A stretch of 61,490 nucleotides of DNA, filler included. It is 3 parts of 3 records of this genome, joined end to end, with 100 filler letters (N's around TTAATTAATTAA, not from the genome) between each part and the next. Parts side by side here need not be neighbours in the genome. Positions count along the whole stretch, not along the records: positions 1 to 31,268 come from SRR22947725_564; 2 more parts are not named here. One strand, given 5' to 3'. Both the position numbers and the translations under genes were made by a program. Position 1 is the first letter of the stretch; every line of letters begins with the position of its first letter. The notes below the pieces were generated by a model, which worked only from the letters and a program-made list of their open reading frames with translations, was not told where the DNA came from and did not search any database. This document shows positions 1 through 10,572 of the stretch, piece by piece.

Positions 1-1
1 T

Positions 2-361
2 GTTGACTCAAGTGTTTTAGCTTTTGAAATTGCAGCTAGAGCTTGTTTTAAAGAAGCTTGTCAAAAAGGTGGTTTAAAGCTTTTAGAACCTATTATGAAA
101 GTAGAGGTCGTTACTCCGGAAGATTATATGGGTGACGTAATTGGTGACCTTAACAGCAGAAGAGGTCAAGTTGGTTCAACTGACAAAAGAGGAAACGCAA
201 CAGTTATAAATGCAAATGTGCCATTAGCAAATATGTTTGGTTATGTGAATAATCTAAGATCAATGTCACAAGGAAGAGCTCAATATACTATGCAGTTTTC
301 TCATTATGAAAAAGTACCGCAAAACGTACAAGACGAAGTAACAAAGAAATTGGCAGGATAA
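2..361 (+). CDS. fusA: Elongation factor G, C-terminal part (5' truncated by window)
   Basis: Open frame from base 2: [13 protein letters not shown]...[29 protein letters not shown]...[12 protein letters not shown] domains IV/V. Confidence 0.97.
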   Translation, partial: VDSSVLAFEIAARACFKEACQKGGLKLLEPIMKVEVVTPEDYMGDVIGDLNSRRGQVGSTDKRGNATVINANVPLANMFGYVNNLRSMSQGRAQYTMQFSHYEKVPQNVQDEVTKKLAG

Positions 362-364
362 TAA

Positions 365-673
365 ATGGAACAACAACATATTAGAATTAGATTACAAGCT
401 TACGATCATAAAATTCTAGATCAATCTACAGAAGAAATAGTCAATACTGCTAAAAGAACTGGAGCGGTTATAAAAGGACCGATTCCATTACCAACTAAAA
501 AAGAAATTTTTACAGTTTTAAGGTCTCCACATATTGATAAAAAAAGTAGAGAGCAATTTGAAACCAGAACTCATAAGAGATTAATTGATATTATGGAACC
601 AACACCAGCAACTATCGAAGCTTTAATGAAACTGGATTTGGCAGCGGGTGTAGATGTGGAGATAAAAATATAA
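365..673 (+). CDS. rpsJ: 30S ribosomal protein S10
   Basis: GPIPLPT...[14 protein letters not shown] motif; first gene of S10 cluster. Confidence 0.98.
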   Translation: MEQQHIRIRLQAYDHKILDQSTEEIVNTAKRTGAVIKGPIPLPTKKEIFTVLRSPHIDKKSREQFETRTHKRLIDIMEPTPATIEALMKLDLAAGVDVEIKI

Positions 674-675
674 TT

Positions 676-1446
676 ATGACAATAGGATTAGTTGGTAAAA
701 AATTAGGGATGACACAAAGATTTTTTGAAAACGGGGAGTCTTTGCCAGTTACAGTTTTAAAGATAGAAAAAGCCAAAGTAGTTGACGTTATTGAAAAAGA
801 TAAAAGAGGGTATTCAGCTGTGTTAGTAGGTTATGGTCATGTAAAAAGCTCAAAATTAACAAAGCAAATGAAGGGTTTTTACGCAAAAAAATCACAAGAG
901 CCGAAAAAAATTCTTAAAGAATTTAGATCAGAAAATAAAAATGAGTTGAAACCTGGAACGGAAATTGATCTTGGTGTCTTGAAAGATAAAAAATATGTTG
1001 ATGTTAGAGCTAAAACTATAGGAAAAGGTTTTGCTGGCTCAATGAAAAGACACAATTTTGGAGGTATGAGAGCTACGCACGGTGTATCTATATCTCATAG
1101 AGCTCACGGTTCAACTGGCCAATGTCAAGACCCGGGCAAAGTATTTAAGGGTAAAAAAATGGCTGGACATATGGGTGCAAAATATAGAACAACATTAGGT
1201 CTAGAAATAGTAGAAGCTGATATTCAGAATGGTTTGTTGTACCTAAAAGGTGCAGTTCCTGGAAGCAAAAATACATACGTTGAGATTCAAGAGGCGATTA
1301 AGAAAAAGAATAAATCCAGTATATCTGAAAGGGTTGAGCAGTACAAAGCTTCACTCTTAGAGATGCAATCAACGAAAAAAGATAAAAAGAAAAAAGATAG
1401 TAAAAAAGAAGATGCTAAAACAAATACAAATGAAGAAAAAAAATAA
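676..1446 (+). CDS. rplC: 50S ribosomal protein L3 with Lys/Glu-rich C-terminal extension
   Basis: GKKLGMT, GKGFAG, HRAHGSTGQCQDPGKVFKGKKMAGHMG; operon order. Confidence 0.98.
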   Translation: MTIGLVGKKLGMTQRFFENGESLPVTVLKIEKAKVVDVIEKDKRGYSAVLVGYGHVKSSKLTKQMKGFYAKKSQEPKKILKEFRSENKNELKPGTEIDLGVLKDKKYVDVRAKTIGKGFAGSMKRHNFGGMRATHGVSISHRAHGSTGQCQDPGKVFKGKKMAGHMGAKYRTTLGLEIVEADIQNGLLYLKGAVPGSKNTYVEIQEAIKKKNKSSISERVEQYKASLLEMQSTKKDKKKKDSKKEDAKTNTNEEKK

Positions 1447-2075
1447 TGAAAATAGAAGAAATTAATATTGAAGGTAAAAATATTGGATCAGTAGAAGGTT
1501 CTGATAAGATTTTTAAAATTAAGCCTAGAAAAGATATTATTCAACAGGTTGTTGATTGGCAGCAAAACAGAATGTTTAAAAAAACTGGTAACACTAAAAG
1601 TAGGGGTGAAGTTAGAGGATCTAGAAGAAAAATTGTTCAACAAAAGGGCTCTGGTGGTGCAAGACACGGAAATATTACAGCTCCAATATTTGTCGGAGGG
1701 GGTATTGCTCATGGACCGAGGCATAAAGGAAAATATGCGGTTAAGAAGTTAAATAAAAAAGTTAGGAAACTAGGATTAGTTCATGCACTGTCATCTAAAG
1801 CGAACATGAAGCAAGTTGCAATTTTTACTGAACCAAAAATAAGTTCTTTAAAAACCAAGCATTTTAAAAACTTTTTAAAGAATATAAATTCAAAAAGTGC
1901 ATTATTTATTCATCATAAAGATGCGCCAGTAGAATTTGTAAGAAGTATTAAAAATGTTCCAAATTCAAAAAAATTAGATGTGGTTGGAACAAATGTTTAT
2001 GACCTAATAAAGTATGAAAAAGTTATTTTTACAAAAGAGTCTTTTAAAGCAATAGAGGAAAGGTTAATTAAGTAA
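1446..2075 (+). CDS. rplD: 50S ribosomal protein L4
   Basis: QKGSGGARHG...GGGIAHGP; operon order. Confidence 0.97.
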   Translation: MKIEEINIEGKNIGSVEGSDKIFKIKPRKDIIQQVVDWQQNRMFKKTGNTKSRGEVRGSRRKIVQQKGSGGARHGNITAPIFVGGGIAHGPRHKGKYAVKKLNKKVRKLGLVHALSSKANMKQVAIFTEPKISSLKTKHFKNFLKNINSKSALFIHHKDAPVEFVRSIKNVPNSKKLDVVGTNVYDLIKYEKVIFTKESFKAIEERLIK

Positions 2076-2371
2076 TGAAAAATGATAACGCAGCTTTTGA
2101 CGTAATACTTTCTCCAGTTATTACCGAAAAATCTACTAATCTTAATGTTTTAAATAAACTGACATTTAAAGTTGCTAAAAGTGCAGATAAATTATCAATT
2201 AAGAAAAGTATTGAAAAAATTTACAAAGTGAATGTTATTAAAGTAAATACAATTTTATCTAAGCCTAGGACTAAAACAGTAAGAGGAAAAATAGGCTCAA
2301 CTACAGGTTATAAAAAAGCAATAGTTACTTTAAAAGAAGGTCAAACTGTTGATTTGGCTACGGGAGTTTAA
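2075..2371 (+). CDS. rplW: 50S ribosomal protein L23
   Basis: PVITEKS, YKKAIVTL; operon order. Confidence 0.97.
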   Translation: MKNDNAAFDVILSPVITEKSTNLNVLNKLTFKVAKSADKLSIKKSIEKIYKVNVIKVNTILSKPRTKTVRGKIGSTTGYKKAIVTLKEGQTVDLATGV

Positions 2372-2375
2372 TTAA

Positions 2376-3206
2376 ATGGCATTAAAAAGTTTTAAACCAT
2401 ATACAAAATCAACGAGATCAACAATTTTAGTTGATAGAAGTGATTTGTGGAAAGGTAAACCGGAAAAAAGTTTAACAAAATTTAAGAAAAGAGCTGTTGG
2501 TAGAAATAACCAAGGACGCATTACTACAAGACATAAAATGATGGGTCATAAGAAAAAATATAGATTGATTGATTTCAAAAGAGATAAAGTTGATGTTTCC
2601 GCTGAAATTAAAAGATTTGAATACGATCCTTATAGGAGCGCAAATATTATGCTAGTTGAATATCCTGATAAAACATTAAGTTATGTATTAGGAGTAAATG
2701 GTTTAAACATTGGTGATAAAATTATTTCAGCTGAAAAAAGCGACATTCAAAAGGGAAATACAATGCTTTTAAAGCATATTCCAGTAGGAACCTCCGTTCA
2801 TAATATTGAATTAACTCCCGGCAAAGGTGGAATTTTAGTTAGATCAGCAGGATCTTCCGCTACGGTAATGGGGCAGGATAATGATTATACTTTGATAAAA
2901 CTTTCATCAGGTGAGACGAGAAAAGTATTATCAAAATGCAAAGCAACAATTGGACAAGTATCAAACGTTGATAATAAAAATAAAAAAATTGGTAAAGCCG
3001 GTAGAAATAGATGGCTAGGAAAAAGACCTTCAGTTAGAGGTGTTGTTATGAATCCAGTTGATCACCCACATGGTGGTGGTGAGGGTAAAACTTCAGGTGG
3101 AAGAAATCCAGTTACTCCTTGGGGTCAAGGAACTAGAGGTTTAAAAACAAGAAATAATAAAAAAACTGACCAATTTATTATTTCAAGAAAGAAGAAGAGA
3201 AAATAA
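2376..3206 (+). CDS. rplB: 50S ribosomal protein L2
   Basis: GRNNQGRIT, EYDPYRSA, RGVVMNPVDHPHGGGEG. Confidence 0.98.
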   Translation: MALKSFKPYTKSTRSTILVDRSDLWKGKPEKSLTKFKKRAVGRNNQGRITTRHKMMGHKKKYRLIDFKRDKVDVSAEIKRFEYDPYRSANIMLVEYPDKTLSYVLGVNGLNIGDKIISAEKSDIQKGNTMLLKHIPVGTSVHNIELTPGKGGILVRSAGSSATVMGQDNDYTLIKLSSGETRKVLSKCKATIGQVSNVDNKNKKIGKAGRNRWLGKRPSVRGVVMNPVDHPHGGGEGKTSGGRNPVTPWGQGTRGLKTRNNKKTDQFIISRKKKRK

Positions 3207-3209
3207 ATT

Positions 3210-3509
3210 ATGGCTAGATCAGTTTGGAAAGGTCCTTTTGTTCACCCTAGTTTGCTTAAAAAGGTGGAAAAAGGTGGTGAGGCACTTAAAAGACCAATTA
3301 AGACCTGGTCTAGAGGCTCTACAATTGTTCCAGAATTTGTTGGCTTGAAATTTGAGATACACAATGGAAAAAAATTTATACCAATTACTATTTCTGATGA
3401 AATGGTTGGACACAAACTTGGTGAATTTGCTCCAACAAGACAATTTTTAGGTCATACACCTGCAGATAAAAAAGCAGGTGCAGCAGCACCTAAGAAAGAT
3501 GGTAAATAA
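3210..3509 (+). CDS. rpsS: 30S ribosomal protein S19
   Basis: [23 protein letters not shown]. Confidence 0.98.
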   Translation: MARSVWKGPFVHPSLLKKVEKGGEALKRPIKTWSRGSTIVPEFVGLKFEIHNGKKFIPITISDEMVGHKLGEFAPTRQFLGHTPADKKAGAAAPKKDGK

Positions 3510-3901
3510 TGGATAAAAATAAAAAAAAGATAGTTAAAGACCTAAATATTGTAAAAGCTGTATACAGAAATCTCAGATCTAGTCCTAGAAAAATAAATGA
3601 TATTTTAAGGTCTATTAGAGGAAAAAAAGCTGATGTAGCATTAAGAGATTTACAATTTTCAGAGAAAAGAATTTCTAAAGAAATATCTAAAACAATAAAG
3701 TCTGCAGTTTCTAACGCCGAAAATAATAATCAGTTAGATATAGACAATTTATTTATTAAAGAAGCTTATGTAGGAAAAGGTATGGTAATGAAGAGGTACA
3801 GACCAAGAGCAAGGGGTAGAGCTGGTGAAATAAAAAAACCATTTTCAAATTTAACAATAATAGTAAGTGAAAAAAAAGAAACTGAAAGTAAGAGAGCTTA
3901 A
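3509..3901 (+). CDS. rplV: 50S ribosomal protein L22
   Basis: [26 protein letters not shown]. Confidence 0.97.
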   Translation: MDKNKKKIVKDLNIVKAVYRNLRSSPRKINDILRSIRGKKADVALRDLQFSEKRISKEISKTIKSAVSNAENNNQLDIDNLFIKEAYVGKGMVMKRYRPRARGRAGEIKKPFSNLTIIVSEKKETESKRA

Positions 3902-3903
3902 TT

Positions 3904-4581
3904 ATGGGTCAAAAAGTAAATCCAATTGGTATTAGATTAAAAATTAATAGAACATGGGATTCTGTGTGGTTTGCAAAGAAAAAAAATTATGGAACCTATT
4001 TGATTGAAGATTTTAAAATTAGAAAATATATAAATAAAACAATTAAGAATTCTGGTGTATCAAAAATTTTAATTGAAAGACCTTCAAAAAAATGTGCCGT
4101 AACAATTTATACATCTAGACCAGGTTTCGTAATTGGTAAAAAAGGATCTGACATTGAAAAAATTAAACTAAATATTTCAAAAATTACTAATGATGAAGTA
4201 AGTGTAAATATTAAGGAGATTAGGAAGCCAGAACTAGATTCTTACTTAGTTGCTGAAAATATTGCACAACAATTAGAAAAACGTGTTGCTTATAGAAAAG
4301 CTATGAAAAGAGCAATGTCTTCAGCGCTAAGATTAGGTGCTAAAGGAATTAAGGTCACAGTTAGTGGTAGATTAGGTGGAAATGAAATTGCAAGAACAGA
4401 ATGGTTAAGAGAAGGTAGCATACCGCTTCACACTTTAAGAGCAGATGTGGATTATGCTGAAGCTGAAGCTTCGACTACTTACGGAATTATAGGGGTAAAA
4501 GTTTGGATTTATAAAGGAATAGTTTTTCAAAAAGATTTACAAAAAAAGATTGAATCTGAAAAGAAAGAGGATTTAAACTAA
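3904..4581 (+). CDS. rpsC: 30S ribosomal protein S3
   Basis: [38 protein letters not shown]. Confidence 0.98.
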   Translation: MGQKVNPIGIRLKINRTWDSVWFAKKKNYGTYLIEDFKIRKYINKTIKNSGVSKILIERPSKKCAVTIYTSRPGFVIGKKGSDIEKIKLNISKITNDEVSVNIKEIRKPELDSYLVAENIAQQLEKRVAYRKAMKRAMSSALRLGAKGIKVTVSGRLGGNEIARTEWLREGSIPLHTLRADVDYAEAEASTTYGIIGVKVWIYKGIVFQKDLQKKIESEKKEDLN

Positions 4582-4997
4582 TGTTACAACCTTCAAGAAC
4601 GAAATTTAGAAAAGCTCACAAAGGTAGAATTAAAGGAAAGGCAACAAGGGGTGCTGCCTTAAATTTCGGATCCCATGGATTGCAAGCTGTAGAGCCTGAG
4701 AGAATAACTTCTAGACAGATCGAGGCAGCTAGAGTTGCTTTAACTAGACACATGCAAAGAAAGGGCAGAGTGTGGTTAAGAATATTCCCCAATATACCTG
4801 TTTCTAAAAAACCAATAGAGGTGAGAATGGGAAAAGGGAAAGGGTCACCAGAATTTTGGGTTTGCAGAGTAAAACCTGGGAGGATAATTTTTGAAATAGA
4901 TGGTGTCAGCGATAGTATTGCCAAAGAATCATTTGATAGGGCTGCATCTAAACTGCCAATAAAAACAAAAGTTATTAAAAGGAATTTAAATTTATAA
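4581..4997 (+). CDS. rplP: 50S ribosomal protein L16
   Basis: [27 protein letters not shown]. Confidence 0.98.
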   Translation: MLQPSRTKFRKAHKGRIKGKATRGAALNFGSHGLQAVEPERITSRQIEAARVALTRHMQRKGRVWLRIFPNIPVSKKPIEVRMGKGKGSPEFWVCRVKPGRIIFEIDGVSDSIAKESFDRAASKLPIKTKVIKRNLNL

Positions 4998-4998
4998 A

Positions 4999-5193
4999 AT
5001 GAAAACTTCTGAAATAAAAAAATTAACAGTTACACAGCTTCAAAAAGAACTTACAAGTTTCAAGAAAGAGCAATTTAATTTGAGGTTTCAAAAGGTTAAT
5101 TCTCAAATTCAAAATACTGCTAGGGTTAAAATAGTTAGAAGATCTATAGCTAAAATTTTAACATTTTTAAATCAAAAGAAGAAAGATAACTAA
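4999..5193 (+). CDS. rpmC: 50S ribosomal protein L29
   Basis: KKEQFNLRFQ...RRSIAKILT; between rplP and rpsQ. Confidence 0.95.
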   Translation: MKTSEIKKLTVTQLQKELTSFKKEQFNLRFQKVNSQIQNTARVKIVRRSIAKILTFLNQKKKDN

Positions 5194-5423
5194 TGCCTAA
5201 AAGAATTTTAACAGGAAAAATTGTTAGTACTAAGAATAAAAATACAGTTGTGATCCAGGTTGAACGTAAGTTTAGACACCCTGTTTTGAAAAAAGTATTA
5301 AAGAGATCAAAAAAATATCATGCACATTATGAAAATGGCACTTTTCAAGATGGTCAAATTATAAAAATTATAGAATCTAAGCCAGTATCAAAGTTAAAAA
5401 AATGGAAAGTTTTGGAGAATTAA
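5193..5423 (+). CDS. rpsQ: 30S ribosomal protein S17
   Basis: [31 protein letters not shown]. Confidence 0.96.
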   Translation: MPKRILTGKIVSTKNKNTVVIQVERKFRHPVLKKVLKRSKKYHAHYENGTFQDGQIIKIIESKPVSKLKKWKVLEN

Positions 5424-5424
5424 A

Positions 5425-5793
5425 ATGATTCAAGTGCAAACAGAGATGGAAGTGGCAGATAATACTGGAGCTAAAAGAATAGAGTGTATCAAGGTTCTTG
5501 GCGGATCTAAAAGAAGATACGCTAGTATTGGTGATATTGTTGTTGTGAGTATTAAAGATGCGATGCCAAAAGGAAAAGTAAAAAAAGGTGATGTTCATAA
5601 AGCTGTAATAGTAAGAACAAAAAAACAAATTCAAAGAAACGATGGTTCATCAATCAAATTTGATAAAAACGCAGCAGTTTTAATTGCAGCAAATGGAGAA
5701 CCTATTGGTACAAGAATTTTTGGACCAGTTACAAGAGAGTTACGAGATAAAAAACATATGAAGATTATCTCATTAGCTCCAGAGGTACTTTAA
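5425..5793 (+). CDS. rplN: 50S ribosomal protein L14
   Basis: [33 protein letters not shown]. Confidence 0.98.
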   Translation: MIQVQTEMEVADNTGAKRIECIKVLGGSKRRYASIGDIVVVSIKDAMPKGKVKKGDVHKAVIVRTKKQIQRNDGSSIKFDKNAAVLIAANGEPIGTRIFGPVTRELRDKKHMKIISLAPEVL

Positions 5794-6131
5794 TGAAAAC
5801 AAAATTAAAAAAGGGACAAACAGTACAGTTGATTGTTGGAGCAGATAAAGGAAAGTCTGGCGAGATAATCAAATTATTTCCTAGAGAATATAAGGCTCTC
5901 GTAAAAGGTATTAATGTTAAGAAAAAACATCAAAAACCGACAAAAGAACAAAAAGGCGGAATAATTAATATCGAAAAACCTGTTCATTTATCAAATTTAA
6001 AACTATTTGATCAAAAAAAATCTTTAAAAAAAGACAAAGAAGAAAAAAAAGATTTAGTAAAGGAAAAAGCTAAAACAAAAAAACCGGCTGGAGAAACAAA
6101 AGCAAAAGTTAAAAAAAAGGTAGCTAAATAA
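5793..6131 (+). CDS. rplX: 50S ribosomal protein L24 with Lys-rich tail
   Basis: KOW motif GADKGKSG, KKHQKP, EKPVHLSNL; position after rplN. Confidence 0.95.
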   Translation: MKTKLKKGQTVQLIVGADKGKSGEIIKLFPREYKALVKGINVKKKHQKPTKEQKGGIINIEKPVHLSNLKLFDQKKSLKKDKEEKKDLVKEKAKTKKPAGETKAKVKKKVAK

Positions 6132-6133
6132 AA

Positions 6134-6688
6134 ATGGAACCAAGATTAAAATCAATTTATAAGACAGAAATTTTACCTCAACTCAAAGACTCGTTGGGCG
6201 TTCAAAATGTAATGGAAGTTCCAAAACTTGTGAAAATAGTTATCAATATGGGTCTTGGACTAGATGCAAATGATAACAAAATTTTAAAAATTATAGAGAC
6301 AGACCTTGCTAATATTGCAGGTCAAAAACCAGTTGTAACTAAAGCTAAAAAAGCAATCTCAAATTTTAAAACTAGGGCAAAGATACCATTAGGATTGAAA
6401 GTAACTTTAAGAAAAAATAACATGTATTATTTTTTAGATAGGTTAATCAATATTGCCTTACCAAGAATTAAAGACTTTAGAGGTTTAAATCCAAAAAGCT
6501 TTGATGAAAATGCAAATTATAGTTTTGGCGTAAAAGAACATGTCATTTTTCCAGAAGTAAATTTTGATAAGGTCGATAAGATGAGAGGCATGGATATAAC
6601 AGTAGTAACATCTACGACTGATAAAATTAAGGCAAAAGCATTATTAGATAAGTTTAATTTTCCATTTGTAAAGAAAGGAGCAAATTAA
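6134..6688 (+). CDS. rplE: 50S ribosomal protein L5
   Basis: [34 protein letters not shown]. Confidence 0.98.
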   Translation: MEPRLKSIYKTEILPQLKDSLGVQNVMEVPKLVKIVINMGLGLDANDNKILKIIETDLANIAGQKPVVTKAKKAISNFKTRAKIPLGLKVTLRKNNMYYFLDRLINIALPRIKDFRGLNPKSFDENANYSFGVKEHVIFPEVNFDKVDKMRGMDITVVTSTTDKIKAKALLDKFNFPFVKKGAN

Positions 6689-6993
6689 TGGCTAAAACTT
6701 CGGCAATAGAAAAAAATAAAAAAAGAATAAAGTTAGCAAAAAAATATGAAGCTAAGAGAAAAAAATTAAAAAAAATATTAATGGATAAAAAAGTTAATTT
6801 AAATGAAAGATTTGAAGCAGCTCAGAAATTGGCAAAGCTACCCAAAAACTCTGCTAAAATTAGAATTAGAAATAGATGTGAAATAACAGGTAGACCTCAT
6901 GGGTATTACCGTAAACTTAAAATGTCTAGAATAGCCCTTAGAGAACTTTCTTCAATGGGTAAAATTCCAGGCATGACAAAATCGAGTTGGTAG
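6688..6993 (+). CDS. rpsN: 30S ribosomal protein S14 (long, Zn-free type)
   Basis: [16 protein letters not shown]...MSRIALRE...PGMTKSSW; 101 aa. Confidence 0.97.
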   Translation: MAKTSAIEKNKKRIKLAKKYEAKRKKLKKILMDKKVNLNERFEAAQKLAKLPKNSAKIRIRNRCEITGRPHGYYRKLKMSRIALRELSSMGKIPGMTKSSW

Positions 6994-7003
6994 GAGATAG
7001 AAT

Positions 7004-7405
7004 ATGACAATTAGTGATCCAGTTGGAGATATGTTTGCGAGAATTAAAAACGCTCAACAGAGAAACCATGCTTATGTTATGGTGCCTTCATCTAAATTTA
7101 AAAAATTTGTTTTAGATGCTATGGAAAGAGAAGGTTTTATTGCAGGTTATGAAGTTGTTAAAAATGATAATGACTCTTTTGATAGCTTGAAAGTAGCTTT
7201 AAAATATGTTCAGGGAAGTCCTGTTATTAATGAGATTAGCAGAATATCAAAACCTGGAAGAAGAATTTATACAAGATTTGATAGTTTGCCTAGAGTTCAA
7301 AATGGATTAGGAGTTGCGATTATATCAACCTCTTTTGGAATTTTAACTGATAATGAAGCAAGAGAAAAAAAAGTTGGAGGAGAAATAATCTGTAATATTT
7401 CATAA
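7004..7405 (+). CDS. rpsH: 30S ribosomal protein S8
   Basis: DPVGDMFARIKNA, RISKPGRRIY, GLGVAIISTS; GGAG SD upstream. Confidence 0.97.
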   Translation: MTISDPVGDMFARIKNAQQRNHAYVMVPSSKFKKFVLDAMEREGFIAGYEVVKNDNDSFDSLKVALKYVQGSPVINEISRISKPGRRIYTRFDSLPRVQNGLGVAIISTSFGILTDNEAREKKVGGEIICNIS

Positions 7406-7408
7406 GCT

Positions 7409-7945
7409 ATGTCTAAAATTGGAAAAAAACATATATCTGTACCTAATGACGTCAAAGTGCAAATTAATGCAAACATCATTAATTTTGAAGGACCAAAGGG
7501 TAAAAAATCTTTAAAAATTAATACAGAATTTTTAAATACGATTTTTGAAGATGGTAAAATTTTAGTTACTCCAAAAGATCCTAAAAAACAAAATAAGGTT
7601 TTGTGGGGACTTCAAAGAAGCCTGATAAACAATGCGGTCATAGGCGTTGGTAAGGGTTATGAGCAAACATTGAAATTAAATGGAGTGGGTTTTAGAGCTA
7701 ATTTAAAAGGTAAACAATTGCAACTACAGCTAGGTTTTAGCCATGATATTTTATACGATATTCCTGAAGGTATCGAATTAAAAGTTGATAAACAAACAGC
7801 TATAATTATAAGCGGTGTTGATAAAGAGTTAGTTGGAAAAACAGTTGCGGATATTAAGGAATATAAACCTGTAGAACCCTACAAGCAAAAAGGTATTACG
7901 TCTGAAGGTCAATTTATATTAAAAAAAGAAGGTAAAAAGAAATAA
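7409..7945 (+). CDS. rplF: 50S ribosomal protein L6
   Basis: [29 protein letters not shown]. Confidence 0.97.
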   Translation: MSKIGKKHISVPNDVKVQINANIINFEGPKGKKSLKINTEFLNTIFEDGKILVTPKDPKKQNKVLWGLQRSLINNAVIGVGKGYEQTLKLNGVGFRANLKGKQLQLQLGFSHDILYDIPEGIELKVDKQTAIIISGVDKELVGKTVADIKEYKPVEPYKQKGITSEGQFILKKEGKKK

Positions 7946-8286
7946 TGATTTCAAGAAGTAACAAAAGAAAGAATAGAGTTAGGTCTAAAGTAAAAAGAGT
8001 TAATAAGGGTAGACCAAGACTAACTGTATTCAGATCTGCTAAAAATATCTATGCTCAAGTTATTGATGACAACAAAAGAGTAACATTAGCTAGTGCTTCA
8101 TCTGTTGAAAAAAATATAGAAAAAAAACCTAAAAAAGAATTATCAATGATAGTTGGAAAACTAATTGCTGAAAGAAGTATTGAAAAAGGTTGTAAAGAAG
8201 TATTCTTTGATCGTGGGAAATACAAATACCATGGAAGAATTAAGGAATTAGCTGAAAGTGCTAAAAATGGAGGTTTAAAGTTTTAA
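7945..8286 (+). CDS. rplR: 50S ribosomal protein L18
   Basis: [29 protein letters not shown]. Confidence 0.97.
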   Translation: MISRSNKRKNRVRSKVKRVNKGRPRLTVFRSAKNIYAQVIDDNKRVTLASASSVEKNIEKKPKKELSMIVGKLIAERSIEKGCKEVFFDRGKYKYHGRIKELAESAKNGGLKF

Positions 8287-8289
8287 TTT

Positions 8290-8787
8290 ATGAGTCAAGC
8301 AAATGAATTCAAAGAAAAATTAGTTGCGATTAATAGAATAACCAAAGTTGTTAAAGGGGGAAGAAGATTTGGTTTTGCCGCTCTTGTTGTTACAGGAAAT
8401 CAAAAAGGTCAAGTAGGATTTGGTCAAGGTAAGGCAAAACAAGTGCCTGACGCTATTAAGAAGGCTTCTGAGGCCGCAAGGAAATCACTTATTAAGGTTG
8501 CATTAAGAGAGGGCAGAACATTACATCATGATGTTAGAGGAAGAAATGGTGCTGGTAAAGTTTTGCTTAGAAGTGCACCGGCAGGAACGGGAATAATCGC
8601 TGGAGGACCAGTAAGAGCAATTTGCGAAATGTCAGGGATACAAGATGTAGTTGGTAAATCAATTGGATCATCAAACCCTTATAATTTAGTGAGAGCTTCG
8701 TTTGATGCATTAATTAAACAAAAATCACCCAAGGAAATATCTTTGATTAGAGGTAAAAAAATTAAAGAAATTGTTTCTAGGAGATAA
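8290..8787 (+). CDS. rpsE: 30S ribosomal protein S5
   Basis: [27 protein letters not shown]. Confidence 0.98.
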   Translation: MSQANEFKEKLVAINRITKVVKGGRRFGFAALVVTGNQKGQVGFGQGKAKQVPDAIKKASEAARKSLIKVALREGRTLHHDVRGRNGAGKVLLRSAPAGTGIIAGGPVRAICEMSGIQDVVGKSIGSSNPYNLVRASFDALIKQKSPKEISLIRGKKIKEIVSRR

Positions 8788-8790
8788 TTT

Positions 8791-9243
8791 ATGCAACTAA
8801 ATACTTTTAATAAAAAAATACATAAAGCAAAAAAAAGAGTTGGTAGAGGTATTGGATCAGGCTTGGGCAAAACATCTGGTCGTGGTGTAAAGGGACAAAA
8901 GTCAAGATCTGGCGTTTCTATAAAAGCATACGAGGGTGGCCAAATGCCATTATACCGAAGGTTACCTAAAAGAGGTTTTAATTCACTCTATAAGAAAGAA
9001 AAAAATATAGCGATAAATTTAGATAAAATTTCAAAATTAATTGATAATAAAAAAATAGATTCTACTAAATCTATAGATTTAAGAAAATTTTTATTAAAAC
9101 CCAAAACACCAAAAAAAATTAAGGTAAAAGTCTTAGGTACAGGAGAAATTTCTACCAAGGTAACAATCTTAGCTGACCATTTTAGTAAATCTGCTCAAGC
9201 AAAAATAGAAAAAGCTGGTGGAAAAATAGAAAAAATTAATTAG
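8791..9243 (+). CDS. rplO: 50S ribosomal protein L15
   Basis: [40 protein letters not shown]. Confidence 0.98.
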   Translation: MQLNTFNKKIHKAKKRVGRGIGSGLGKTSGRGVKGQKSRSGVSIKAYEGGQMPLYRRLPKRGFNSLYKKEKNIAINLDKISKLIDNKKIDSTKSIDLRKFLLKPKTPKKIKVKVLGTGEISTKVTILADHFSKSAQAKIEKAGGKIEKIN

Positions 9244-9249
9244 GTTTAA

Positions 9250-10566
9250 ATGTCAGGCTTCGCTCAAAATGCAGAAAATAGTTTTGGAGCTTTTTCTAAA
9301 GCTAGTGATTTAAAAAAAAGAATTTTATATACTTTATTAATCTTGATCATTTATCGTTTTGGAACCTATGTTCCACTTCCTGGTATTGACCCAACCTCTT
9401 TAAAAGAAATACTAGGCGGAAATCAAAGAAGTTTATTGGGCATGTTCAATGTTTTTGCTGGTGGAGCAGTTCAAAGAATGGCTATATTTGCATTGGGTAT
9501 TATGCCATATATTTCTGCTTCAATTATCATTCAGTTATTAACTGGCGTAACGGAATATTTCAAAAATCTAAAATCTCAAGGTGAAGCTGGAAGGCAAAAA
9601 ATAACTCAGTATACAAGATACGGAACTGTTGTTTTAGCCTTAATCCAAGGCTATGGAGTTGCCGTGAGTTTAGAAAATTCTCAAGGAGTCGTTCAAGATC
9701 CAGGCTTTTATTTTAGGTTTATTACAACAACAACTCTTTTAACAGGAACAGTATTATTAATGTGGTTAGGCGAGCAAATAACCGCAAGAGGAATTGGAAA
9801 TGGAATATCTCTAATAATATTTTCAGGTATAGTAGCTGAAATACCAGGGGCATTGGCATCAACTTTTGAACTTGGAAGAACAGGGGCTATTTCAAGTGGA
9901 ATTATTATTTTAATTTTATTATTACTTTTATCCGCAATATATTTTATCGTTTTTGTTGAGAGAGCTCAAAGAAGAATTTTAATACAATATCCAAAAAGAC
10001 AACAAGGAAATAAAATGTATGGCGGTGAGTCTTCGTACTTACCTCTCAAGGTAAATACTGCAGGAGTTATACCAGCTATTTTTGCATCAGCATTGTTGTT
10101 ATTACCTATTACCTTATCTAACTTTTCATCAACATCAGAAAATTCTATTTTATTATCAATCACATCTATGCTTGGACAAGGAAAACCTCTTTATATGATT
10201 TTCTTTGCAGCCGGAATTGTTTTCTTTTCTTTTTTTTACACTTCAATAGTTTTTAACCCTACTGAAACTGCTGATAATTTAAAAAAACATGGTGGTTTTG
10301 TTCCAGGTATTAGGCCAGGAGAAAGGACCGCTATATTTATAGAAGGATTGTTAACAAAATTAACAGTAATTGGTTCTGCATATTTAGTTATTATTTGTTT
10401 GTTACCTGAGTTTTTAATCGCTAATTACCCAGTGCCATTTTATTTAGGTGGTACATCATTGCTAATTGTTGTTGTTGTTGGAATGGATACGATTACACAA
10501 GTGCAAACTAGATTAATGAGTGTTCAGTATGAGTCATTAATTAAAAAAACTAAATTTAATAGATAG
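9250..10566 (+). CDS. secY: Preprotein translocase subunit SecY
   Basis: ALGIMPYISASIIIQLL, GIGNGISLII, VPGIRPG, GGTSLLIVV; multiple TM segments. Confidence 0.98.
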   Translation: MSGFAQNAENSFGAFSKASDLKKRILYTLLILIIYRFGTYVPLPGIDPTSLKEILGGNQRSLLGMFNVFAGGAVQRMAIFALGIMPYISASIIIQLLTGVTEYFKNLKSQGEAGRQKITQYTRYGTVVLALIQGYGVAVSLENSQGVVQDPGFYFRFITTTTLLTGTVLLMWLGEQITARGIGNGISLIIFSGIVAEIPGALASTFELGRTGAISSGIIILILLLLLSAIYFIVFVERAQRRILIQYPKRQQGNKMYGGESSYLPLKVNTAGVIPAIFASALLLLPITLSNFSSTSENSILLSITSMLGQGKPLYMIFFAAGIVFFSFFYTSIVFNPTETADNLKKHGGFVPGIRPGERTAIFIEGLLTKLTVIGSAYLVIICLLPEFLIANYPVPFYLGGTSLLIVVVVGMDTITQVQTRLMSVQYESLIKKTKFNR

Positions 10567-10572
10567 TTATTA

